From Octopus vulgaris (Eukaryota), in assembly GCA_951406725.2 (NCBI GenBank), contig OX597838.1:13640001-13704000 (forward strand): 64,000 bases of DNA. The letters run 5' to 3'. Below are positions 50,125 through 60,614 of this stretch, piece after piece (within the stretch, counting starts at the first letter, position 1; each line of letters starts with the position of its first letter). The position numbers and the translations under genes were made by a program. Below the pieces are notes generated by a model that ran no database searches, was not told the origin of the DNA, and saw only the letters and a program-made list of their open reading frames with translations.

Positions 50125-51573
50125 TTAGAATATTCGTAACTAGATAGATAGATATAACCTGATTTCTACTGGTATAGCACTGCTTTAAGTAGATAACTAA
50201 GAGTTCTCACACTACAGTTATCTTTTTCCTTATATCTGCATCAGTTTTTTGAGAACAGGGAAATGAATAGCACTTATTCGCTGCTTAATTGAGGCTTTAT
50301 TTAATTTCAAACTCACAATTTTTAAATTCTTAATTTTAAATCTTAATTGTAATTTTTAATTTTAGTTCCTAACTTAATCTAATTTAATTAGCATAACTCT
50401 AATTAATTAAAATGAGTTACTATAGACCCATAATTCTACTTCAAAATTAAATAAATAAGGCTATTCCCTCGGTGATAATATGATTATCTTCATTATGATA
50501 GACAATCCCCTAACACCTTTTAAATGATCTTCTAAGATTTGACCTGTAGTCCGTCAATGTATGAATAATAACGGCAACTCCTTAAGACAATAAAATGAAT
50601 AAATTAAATAAGTAAATTTTAATGACTTTTTGATAAGATTATACCTAGTTTTTCCTAATGTATTTTCTGGTGATTTTAGCATCTGACCCCGAAACCCCTA
50701 ACTGTGTTATCTCTTTAGATTCTCTTTAAATTCATAGCTGATTTCAACAGCAATAAATTAGCTGTTTTAACTGGTCAAAGAATAATATTCTCCTCTAATT
50801 CCTAGATGCCTGTAAATTAAAACCAGACTTGCCGTCTACTAATTCTTCTGTATAACTAGAACCCTCTTTTTTTCTTTTTCTTTCTTCTTTTTTCTTTTTT
50901 CTTTTTTTCCCTTCCTTCCCTATTTCTTTCTCTTTTCTCTTTTTCTTTTTCTTCTTCTTATTCTCTTTTTCCTTTTCTCTTCTCTTTGAGTCCCCCCCCC
51001 TTTATTTTCTCTCTTTTCTTCTATGCCCTTCCCTTTTCTATTCTATACAGCTCTAGTAAGCCCTTCAGCCTTTAAAAGTTTAATAGCTACAGCCTCTTGT
51101 AAATAGCAGTAATGTGATTAATGTGGCAAATACCTAATCATATAGCAAGAATTGATACCTACCTCATTGTGTTCAACCATTGATAAATTTATCGCCTGTG
51201 AATATGAAATTCCTTGGAAATTTACACCTACACCATTGGAAAATGTGCATCTATACAAAGGATTAATTCACCCTCTCTGTAATGCTAATAAGCAGGAATT
51301 GAAACCCACCTCGTTGTAATTAACAATGGATAAATTTGTCTTCTGTGAGTATGTAATCCCTCATCATATCTCTGGAAATTCATATGTGCACTATGGATTA
51401 GGTCACCTTCTCTGTGATGCTATTAAGACTTTTTTAAAAATTCTGTGATAAGACTGTACATCATCTTTAAAGAACTTTAATGAACTTTTGAAATCTGTTT
51501 ATGTTACTTAATTATCTACATTACTTCATGAGTATAGCCTCAACCACTAGGATGTCTAGAGAACTCACATGTA

Positions 51574-51664
51574 TTTTAGCTGATGAGTACGGGACACGTT
51601 TATATGCTGTAATTTTTGCAACTTTTAATAAAACCTGTCCTTGTATGAAACGATTGTACTAAAA
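51574..51664 (+). ncRNA. Type I minimal hammerhead ribozyme
   Basis: Stem I TTTTAG/CTAAAA; core CTGATGA (51580-51586); stem II GTACGGGACA/TGTCCTTGTAT; GAAA (51647-51650); short stem III C-GATT-G; GUA cleavage site after 51658. Confidence 0.85.
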
Positions 51665-51721
51665 ACCTATCCATTCTTGTTGCTTCATTCTCGCGTATAT
51701 ATATATATATATATATATATC

Positions 51722-52760
51722 AAAATTGGCCTTGAGAATATCGAACCATTTCGCAACTTTTCGCGACGTTAATAAATACCAAGCTACAGGACTTAGCAAA
51801 CTTATCTGGCGTTTGAAGAACGCGAATTCAGTTTTTAGGCTGGAATGGTTGATTTTGTTGGTGGCCCTCCCGTTTGATAGAGGCAGAAGGATATGTAATC
51901 TTTGTAACTGAGCTTTTCCACATATTGTTCGCCAGAGGCCGTTTGGTAAACGGGCTTTTACAGACTGCTTTTCGATGTCCCCATTGGCGGCGTCATACGT
52001 TTTTTACATATAAATGATACCTAAGACAATTAACACCTTGATACCCTATTAAAATGAAAATAATTTAAAAAAAATCTCTGAATAACTCTTGCAAGGGGAA
52101 ATTACTCCCCTTAGGCGATTGGTCGGGTTTTTAGAAGCAAGCGCTGGAATTTATATACCCCCCTGTTTCTTTGACGAGGATAATTTTAGACAAGCAGGCC
52201 ACAGACGGACACACGAACACAGAATTATTTCAGCCGCCTGACAGGCCTTTTTCAGCAGTGCTCATTATCTAGCGCCCCTCGCCAACATACGGCGGCGCAC
52301 ACATAGGCTAGTATACACACACATGCTTTCAGGTAGGTATTGTCTCGCACCTAAAAAATACACCCTGAATTCTTAAAATATTCAGAACATTAACTTTGGT
52401 CACACAGAACATCTCCACACCCCTTGTTCTCATTAATTCCTCACCTACTAGATTTGACCGCGGCCTGACCTGGATTTATTCCAACGGACCTTTTGTCGGC
52501 CCCCACCAACAGATTTCAACATACATTGATAAACATTTTACCCATGGGCTCTTAAGGAGCGTCCTCATTCGAATTACTTTGCTGCGCCTTTGTTTTGTTT
52601 TGACAACGTAATTCCTGGTTTTTCCTGAAGAGAAAGCTGCAATATGGTATCCTTATTTAATCAGAATTTGGAAAATTGTGGCCTTTGAAACATGTGTAGA
52701 ATGTAATAAAAGGAATTCTGTACAATCTTCGTTCAACTCCATTTCTTCCATTCACTAATT
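51722..52760 (+). mobile_element. 3' end of a second Penelope-like element
   Basis: RISNHFATFR...TGLSKLIWRLK...ICNLC...CPHWRRH (GIY-YIG C-terminal part), then a 3' region with a hammerhead; bounded by (TA)n on both sides. Confidence 0.75.
52621..52703 (+). ncRNA. Type I minimal hammerhead ribozyme
   Basis: TTC-CTGAAGA (52625-52631); stem II GAAAGCTGCAAT/ATTGTGGCCTTT; GAAA (52687-52690); C-ATGT-G; GUA site after 52698, followed by GAA completing stem I. Confidence 0.7.
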
Positions 52761-53099
52761 ATATATATATATATATACACACACATACATACACTGCTTG
52801 AGTCGTCTAAGAGACCATAAGTCGGGGAGAAGATGTTCTCGTAAAACTGTTAGTAGAGTGGGTATATTGTCTGAATTTTATAATGTTAATTGTCGCCAGG
52901 ACACCGGAAAACAATGCCACCATCATCATCAACAACAACAAACACACCTCTGGAATATATGATGCAGTACAGCTAGATACAGATGAAATGCATGCTTTAG
53001 AGTTACCACCTAAATTCACCATATATAAAAAGGCCACAAAAATTGTGTTGATCTTGTATCTCTTGTGTTCTTTTCTTGTCACCATGAAGCACTGACCAT

Positions 53100-54725
53100 T
53101 GGATTACCCGGCCAGTGGCTGTAGAAGCCCAACAGGTAGGCAGCACTGTACTACTGCCAAACACCCCTGTACCAACCCCGCCTGTGCGAGGAGCCAAAAT
53201 AATGGCGAACTCAGAAAGAGAGAGAATGGCAGAAACTGAAATCCGAGAGCTGAAATCATCGTCAGACTTGGACTCGGACACGGACACGCGCAACAAAAGG
53301 AAACCAGTAGCAAAAAGAAGTACAGCGGCACCAAACCTCGAGGCCGGTGTCGTGAAGGAAACACTGAACTTCGCAGCAGCAGCTGGAGGGAAAAAGACGG
53401 AAATATGCCTAGAAAATTTAGATGCTTTAGAGCAGCATATCACAAGGTCCGGATTGGAGACCAAAATGATACAACCCAGGGAGACACAGGAGGACGTTGA
53501 GCGAAGAACAGTAATCTTTAAGACATTCAATGTCAAAGAGAGAAAAGTGGGGTTCTCCACTGAGAACCAAATAGAGAAGTGCCTCGGTCCCGTATGGGAC
53601 AAAATAAAATTTATTTCCAGAGGGAAAAAGTTTGCCACGGTTGAAGTGAGGTTCGGCACAGTGGGGGAAGCTAGACTCCACTCAGTGGAACCACTGAAGT
53701 CAGATGAGGTTTTCCTCCTGCCTATATATATGGGCAGAAGGACCTCAAAAGTAACGATCACAAGGATTCCTCCCGAAATAGAGCCTGAGAGACTGGTGGC
53801 GGCCGCAACCTTGGGCTTCAGGGAAAAAATAAACATAATCAGCGCGGTGGTTGAAGAGGTAAAATTCTGGGTAGGCCAGAAAGTAACTATCACACTGCAG
53901 GCCGAACCAGCCACCTTAGAAGAGTTCACCGAGGTGATAGAGATCGGTGACAACCGCCTACCAGTCATGGTAGAAGGCCGCCAACCTAGGTGTTTCCTAT
54001 GCGGAAAAAAGGGACACCTCAGAAAAAGCAGTGAACCGGCAGAAATAGGCAGAATGGCAAAGCCACCAACCTCTGCCGAACCCTCTGTAACTCCAGCAAC
54101 AATAGAACCAGTAACGTCAACACCAGAGGAGAAAGAAGGAGAGGGATGGACAGCCGCTGCTTCAAAAAGAAAGCACAGAAATCCCTCCCCGGAAAAAGGA
54201 AAAGCCAAAGGAAGAAAACGAGATATTAAAAAGGCAAAAAAGACGGAGAGCAGCAACAACGCTTTTGTCGCGATCCGCACAGTTGACAGTGAGGTGATGC
54301 GATGCATAAAAACACAGCACCGACAAGAGAAGAGGTGGAAGACCGGCTAAAGAAGGATCTAATAAAGATCTATAAAATAAACCACAAAGCCTATAATGTG
54401 CTGGCGAACGATTTCAGGAGGGATGTGGGCCCTCTGCGGATGGAGGTCTCGAACCGCCTGTACGAGGGCCTGATCCAGCCGAACCCACGGGACCCGGTCG
54501 AAGAGGAGGCGGCTACCCCCCGCCCGGACTCAGAAGACGAACTGGAAACAGGGGCGTTTCCTAAATGACATCAGGTCACACGATTTAGATGTTGTTGTAG
54601 TTACTGAAACTCGGTTAAAAGGGCCAAGAGATCTACTCCCGCTCCTGGATGGCTATGAGATACATCTCTCCACGTCGGCAGGGGGGCGGAAGTGGGGTGT
54701 TGGTCCTACTTAAAAGGAATAGAGT
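53100..54725 (+). mobile_element. Tx1/L1-like LINE 5' part: ORF1 and start of the ORF2 AP endonuclease
   Basis: ORF from ATG 53202 with RRM-like middle and GRQPRCFLCGKKGHLRK knuckle, continuing after a frameshift to about 54545; then FLNDIRSHDLDVVVVTETRL...GVLVLLK (APE motifs), truncated. Confidence 0.8.
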
Positions 54726-55819
54726 TTCGGAAAATATTTGAATATTCGAAAAAAAAAAAAAAAAGAGCTAAACTCAATAATTCTGTAAATATTGTCTTCC
54801 TTTTCTTTTTTGTGACACTACTATTTTGCTACACTCATAGCCCTGCGGAAATGTCATAAAAAAGAAAACGAAGGGACATATATATATAACAGGTATGTAC
54901 AACATGTATTTCTGTACTTTCTGTACTCGGACAAGAGCCAACCTCCAAGAAAATTATAAATTAAAGGAACAAACAGAATCAATGCAACGTTCAGCGAATG
55001 GTGTACGCAAGAATATATTCCAAAACCAGCATTACAAAATCAACCACAAATACATATTGATAAAGAAATTGAACCTTCGTTCCGGGCAAAACCGGGAACA
55101 ACTTTGACACTTTTCAATTATCTAACTTACATCTACACAAGCCAGCGATTTAAAAATGAGCAAGCGATGAAGCAGCACTGGTTAAATAGAAGAAATAACG
55201 AGAACTTTATGAGAGCAGTAAGTCATCCTATGTATGACACTGTAATGAAAAAGGTACTTGAATGCGTCAAATTAAAAACACTTGTGACTCCATTTAAGGA
55301 GAAGTTCGAAAACATAAATTGGGAACAGTTTGACAATGAGAAAAAACTTTATATGGATAAAGTTGTGCTTCCTGTCTATGTGGTGGAGATGGAAGACCAG
55401 TGCATTTTGGGTCTGCTTTTATAGTGTGCTTCTGTCGGGTCGACAAAGCTTAGGGAGGGGGTAGTGACAAAAAGGTCAAAATGGAGAAAAAGTGCGGTGA
55501 CCTAGTTTCGTGGTTTGGCGCCGGACAGACTGGGGAAAGCTTTTGTTCTGTCATTTCTAGGGAAATTAATGAGGTTGGAAGATACATCTGACCCATATCC
55601 GGTCAAACAAAGTTCAAGGAAAAAATCAAAATGCGGCGAGCTGGGGGTTTGTTGATAAGTTGGCCTGGGTTGGTCAGTTTGGGCAGAGACAGTGAATGTG
55701 AGAGCTGTCAGGCGAGGGGTAACGACAAGGATGACAAGTGTGGCGAGAAGGACAGGCAGATAGTATTGAGGACATGTCAAGCGAAAGGAACTAAGGGAGA
55801 TTACAGCGAGAATGCAGCT

Positions 55820-55960
55820 ATAAAGGATCCAGATACAGTTCTGAAAAACACCATTCTTGCAAGCTTTGATGTCACAAACCCATACACGAACATACCACAC
55901 ACCCTAGGTCTGGAAACAATAAAACAATCGGTAGAAAAATACAGGGAACGCATAGACGAA
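55820..55960 (+). mobile_element. Penelope RT motif-A fragment
   Basis: ILASFDVTNPYTNIPHTLGLETIK. Confidence 0.7.
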
Positions 55961-55969
55961 CGTATATAT

Positions 55970-57254
55970 AGATATACTTACTGCAATATTTGCAGCCTTA
56001 ATAAAGCTGTCTTCGTACGAAACAATTGTACCGAAATATTGATCCATTCTTGTTGCTTTTTTCTTATTTATAATCACCCCGCATTATCTTATGGTTAACA
56101 CCATATAGATTTCTGGTGCATCTAAGTTAAGTACCGCATTCATGTGAATTCAACAGAACTCACTTGAATCTTAATTGCTTTTACTGAATATATTCCCATA
56201 CAATCTGTATGTTTTTCCGGTACTTAATTTCTCAGCAAGAATGGAGAAAGTAAACATTGAGTTTTCCCCTAAGGATATCCCCCTTCACAGTAAAGATGAA
56301 TATAACTGGCTACTTATCCATAGGATTAATGACTTCATTAGAAGAATTAGATGGAAAACGTACCACTTCGATGTCAAGCAGAAAAAGATCACTCAAGTAA
56401 GGAATATTGATAAGAACTTCGGCAGAATATTTAGAAGCAGAAAGAATCCACCTCCGAACCCACTCCTGGAAAATTTCGAAAAGGATTTACTGAATCTCAT
56501 AGAAGAGATTAGATTCAAAGAACACCCGTTAAGATACAACCCCCACCTCAAGCATCTCAGTAAATTTATTCATTTAACCCGGAACAAACAAGGAATATTA
56601 GTACCAGCTGATAAAACTGGTAATCTGTATAGAGTAGATTATACACTTTACAGCAAGCTAATTAAGAAAGAGCGTAACTCCAAATACAAAATTACTACTA
56701 AGAGAAATTTAAAAGAAACAAACCTAGAAATGAAGGAAATTATGGAAAGATATAATTTAACGGATAGAACAGAACCGCTTATACCGTGTGAACCTAGGAT
56801 TAATCTCAAGGACTACAAAAGGAATTTCATGGAAAACCTGTCGGTAAGGTTTATTTGTCCAACTAAGTCAGATATTGGCCGACTTAGTAAATCTATCCTT
56901 GATATTGTTCTACCCCAAATAACCACGCTTCTTCCCTTAAGTCAATGGATAAATACCGATGAGGTATTAAAATGGTTTAACTCCCTAACCAATACTAATA
57001 ATCTGGCCTTTATTCAATTCGACATAAATAACTATTACTCTAGTATTTCTCCTATTCTATTAAATAAATCACTTATATTCGCTATGAATCGCTCCCTCAG
57101 ATCTTGAGAGGAAATAGACATTGTACTTTTAGCTAGAAAAACATTTATAGAGTTTGAGGGAAAATTATGGACCAGAGCAGACACCCCTAATAATTTCGAT
57201 ATACCCATGGGCTCCAGTGATTCGGCTGAGGTGACTAATTTAGTAGGCGTGTAA
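55970..57254 (+). mobile_element. Penelope-like element 5' part: pLTR remnant + N-terminal/RT ORF
   Basis: 55970-56175 is homologous to the 48217-48435/51582-51694 repeat. ORF MEKVNIEFSPKDIP...FIRRIRWK...ADKTGNLY...FIQFDINNYYSSI continues past a TGA to FDIPMGSSDSAEVTNLVG. Confidence 0.85.
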
Positions 57255-57456
57255 GAGTTAGCACTTCCTTCTCTAAGCTTAGATTCGAAATCGAATCCAA
57301 GAATCATCGGTCATCAAAAACCAATGCATGTATAGGCGCGAAATTTAAAGATCCTTTGTTCTGTCAAAAAGTCATTGATCATCTCCCTTTGACCTGCGAC
57401 CTCAGCGCTGACCTACTTAAGTAGTAACTCTGTTGCAGTATGTCTATCTTTCTAGC

Positions 57457-58243
57457 TGTTTGAAATATTATAAATACAAGGGAAAAACAGAGAAAGAAAC
57501 ACAATCGGAGCTGACACACCAGCAGACACCCCGCATTTTGGAGACGACAGAAAAAATGCCTACAGGCTACTGTTTCGAATGATTCACGCACCCACCCACA
57601 CACACAAACATATTCATCTTTATTATGTGCTCTATACAAGCAATGCGTCGCATTTGCTTACAATTGTAAGTAGTGTATTTATAATCCATGTAAATAAATC
57701 CCTTTTTAATCATGGGACAATTTATGTATTTATTAATACACACACACATCCACTACATTTGGTGACCCCGTCAAACGAATTGCGCCTTCCCCGGAACCAG
57801 CTTCATCAACCGCGTCGAAGAATTACAGCTTGCACATCACCCGGCAACGAAACACCTGAGAATTCCGACGAACACAATGGACCTCCCGGAACAGAATCCA
57901 GCGGCCAACATCATACCTCCGATCGACATGGCATTCCAAGCTGCGATTTCTTTGAAAATTCCACCATTCTGGACCCACGACCCTGCATTATGGTTTTACC
58001 ATATAGAGGCACAGTTTTCCTCTCACAGAATACTGAGCGATGCATCTCGACTTGCGCATGTTATCGGTTCTCTATCGCCAGAAATAACAAACGTTGTCCA
58101 TGATCTTATCATGGCACCACCCGGTTCTGTGTCGTACGACACTTTTAAAACCACGCTGATAAACAGAACCTCCGAATCACAACAGAAACGACTTCACCAG
58201 CTTCTGATATCGGAAGAATTGGGTGACAAAACGCCGTCCCAGC
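57457..58243 (+). mobile_element. Ty3/Gypsy LTR retrotransposon 5' fragment (LTR, PBS, gag start)
   Basis: TG...CA segment 57457-57757; PBS TGGTGACCCCG (57760-57770; complementary to a tRNA-Trp 3' end); gag KIPPFWTHDPALWFYHIEAQF...EELGDKTPSQL. Confidence 0.85.
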
Positions 58244-58714
58244 TTCAATTCGACATAAACAACTATTACTCTAGTATTTCTCCTATTCTATTAAATAAAT
58301 CACTTATATTCGCTATGAATCGCTCCCTCAGATCTTGAGAGGAAATAGACATTGTACTTTTAGCTAGAAAAACATTTATAGAGTTTGAGGGAAAATTATG
58401 GACCAGAACAGACACTCCTAATAATTTCGATATACCCATGGGCTCCAGTGATTCGGCTGAGGTGACTAATTTAGTAGGCGTGTAAGAGTTAGCACTTCCT
58501 TCTCTAAGCTTAGATTCAAAATTGAATCCAAGAATCATCGGTCATCAAAAACCAATGCATGTATAGGCGCGAAATTTAAAGATCCTTTGTTCTGTCAAAA
58601 AGTCATTGATCATCTCCCTTTGACCTGCGACCTCAGCCATGTCAGGTGAAGTTCAACTGGACAAGCGCTGACCTACTTAAGTAGTAACTCTGTTGCAGTA
58701 TGTCTATCTTTCTA
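58244..58714 (+). repeat. Direct duplicate of 57013-57454 (Penelope RT piece + flank)
   Basis: Near-identical text from TTCAATTCGACATAAA to TGTCTATCTTTCTA; the second copy has about 30 extra bp. Confidence 0.92.
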
Positions 58715-58923
58715 TGGTATGTTCTGTTTAAACTTTATAAATAAATATATTCTTGCATCATTCATCATTGTTTTTAAAAAAGAAATCACACCAAATCTGC
58801 ACAAATGACCACCCCCACCGCAATCACATACACCAATCAGAATGACCACTGACCACCACGCGTGTAATTCAAAGTTTGAAAGTTCTTCAGTGTGATATCA
58901 ACATGTGTGAAAAAATTTTCAAT

Positions 58924-59833
58924 ATGGCTTCTGCGTATCCAAGTCTAAAAGGAATTAATCACCGCGATATTGCCATCGCCACGGCTACTACAGCAGGATA
59001 GCATTAATTGGCTTAAGAGGCATGGCCTTTTGAATACCCAGAAAATATGTATATATCGTGTGGAGGTACCATGAGTGAAATAGCGAAAAAAAATTTGTCG
59101 GATGAAGTAATATGGTCATGTGGAAGGCCTTGTAGGAAAACCGTTTCAATTAGAAAAGGAACATTTTTAGAAAATAGTAAATTGAAGTGTCAACAAATTA
59201 TAGATACATTGTATTACTGGGCCAAAGAAGATTTAGCCAAGGGAATAGGACAGGAATGTCATATAGCAAATGTAGCCGTAACAGATTGGAGGAAATATTT
59301 GCCGTGATATATGTGCAGAATATTATGTTGCACAGAACATTAAGCTCAGAGGGCCGAATCGAATTGTAGAGATAGACAAAAGCGCGTTTGTGAGAAGAAA
59401 GTATAATGTTGGCCATCGGGTTAATAAGCAGTGGGTATTTGGCACGCTAGAAAGAGATACCAGAAGATGCTTTTTAGTGGCAGTGGAAGATTGGACAGCG
59501 GATACCCTTTTACAAATTATAGAAGACCGTATATTGCCTGGTACAACCATAATTTCCGACCTTTGGCGTTCGTATAATACGCTCAATCAGCTAGGGTACA
59601 GACATTTGACCTTGAATCATTCAATAAATTTTGTTGATCCGGTACCATTTGCCACAACCAACCATATAGAATGTTTATGGAAGCATGTGAAGAATCGTAA
59701 CAGAAGAGAAAACGGAACAGCCCGAAATTTACTTCAGACCCATCTCATCGAACTCATGTGGCGCTATGAATTTAAGGACGATATATTCAGAAAGTTAATG
59801 GAGCAAATTCGACAGCTATATCCATGTGTTTGA
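58924..59833 (+). pseudogene. Merlin (IS1595/ISXO2-like DDE) transposase, frameshifted
   Basis: N-terminal Zn-ribbon-like C..C..SIRKGTF; then IVEIDKS, QWVFG, ILPGTTIISDLWRSY, NHSINFVDP...TNHIECLW; at least two frameshifts. Confidence 0.9.
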
Positions 59834-60249
59834 GACCTTAGAGAGTATAAGTATCTACACAGCATAAGTATCACATTTATTTTTAAACTTAACTTCAAGC
59901 TTCATTTGTTTTATATTTTGATGCGTTTTTGATAAATTTTGTTGATCCGGTACCATTTGCCACAACCAACCATATAGAATGTTTATGGAAGCATGCGAAG
60001 AATTGTAACAGAAGAGAAAACGGAACAGCCCGAAATTTACTTCAGACCCATCTCATCGAATTCATGTGGCGCTATGAATTTAAGGACGATATATTCGGAA
60101 AGTTAATGGAGCGAATTCGACAGCTATATCCATGTGTTTGAGACCTTAGAGAGTATAAGTATCTACACAGCATAAGTATCACATTTATTTTAAAACTTAA
60201 CTTCAAGCTTCATTTGTTTTATATTTTGATGCGTTTTTGATAAATTTTG
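59624..60249 (+). repeat. 308-bp tandem duplication of the Merlin transposase 3' end
   Basis: ATAAATTTTG at 59624, 59932 and 60240 bounds two near-identical units. Confidence 0.92.
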
Positions 60250-60608
60250 CGCTAGCTAGTGCCCTGGAATTTGAGTCGTATGTGAAATCCAGCACCAGCA
60301 ATTTCTGAGTGAGTGGCGGCTCTGGATTCTAAGCAAAAAGAGGAAAGATCCCCGAGGTTGACAGATTTGGGGATAGCTCTGAACCTTCTGAGAGGGACAA
60401 GGAGACGACTGGTGTGTGTTGCTGGCACTGTGGGAGACCTGGACATAGGCGGCAGGACTGCTACAGCTTGAGGAAAGAGAGAAAACAGGACGGTAGAGCG
60501 GGGTCTGCTTTCAAGGGCGAGTGCTGGAGGTGTGGAAAAAGGGGACACATGCAGTATGACTGCCCAACAGGAACTACGGAAAGCAAAGAAAGAGAGTCGG
60601 GAAACTAG
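60249..60608 (+). mobile_element. Gypsy-type gag C-terminal fragment with two CCHC knuckles
   Basis: ALASALEFESY...CWHCGRPGHRRQDC...CWRCGKRGHMQYDC...ESGN*. Confidence 0.8.
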
Positions 60609-60614
60609 GAGGAG

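Larger units (their letters stand above)
48217..51694 (+). mobile_element. Penelope-like element (C-terminal GIY-YIG, tentatively Nematis-like), 5'-truncated with an inverted terminal repeat
   Basis: RT thumb VNFLDITLDL...NYVNKLSNHPP at about 48470-48720; ORF 48916-50124 ends in CKCRxKxKCP...VIYKC...YYIGCT...CQLC...LLN...CVH; 48323-48435 is the reverse complement of 51582-51694. Confidence 0.88.

Noticed and set aside
53003-54307. 434-aa minus-strand ORF
   Set aside because: It shadows the LINE ORF1 on the plus strand, has no motifs, and has a composition typical of a reverse-complement frame.
57105-57107. In-frame TGA in the Penelope RT (repeated at 58336-58338) as possible selenocysteine
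   Set aside because: It is not at an evident conserved Cys position, I recognised no SECIS, and the second instance is only the local duplicate; a simple nonsense mutation is more likely.
58924-59833. IS1595-like transposase as bacterial contamination or recent horizontal transfer
   Set aside because: It fits the eukaryotic Merlin superfamily and is embedded among animal retroelements.
60249-60260. GCGCTAGCTAGT match to the M1 MITE as the right end of the Merlin element
   Set aside because: It reads in frame as ALAS of the adjacent gag fragment; a 12-bp coincidence.
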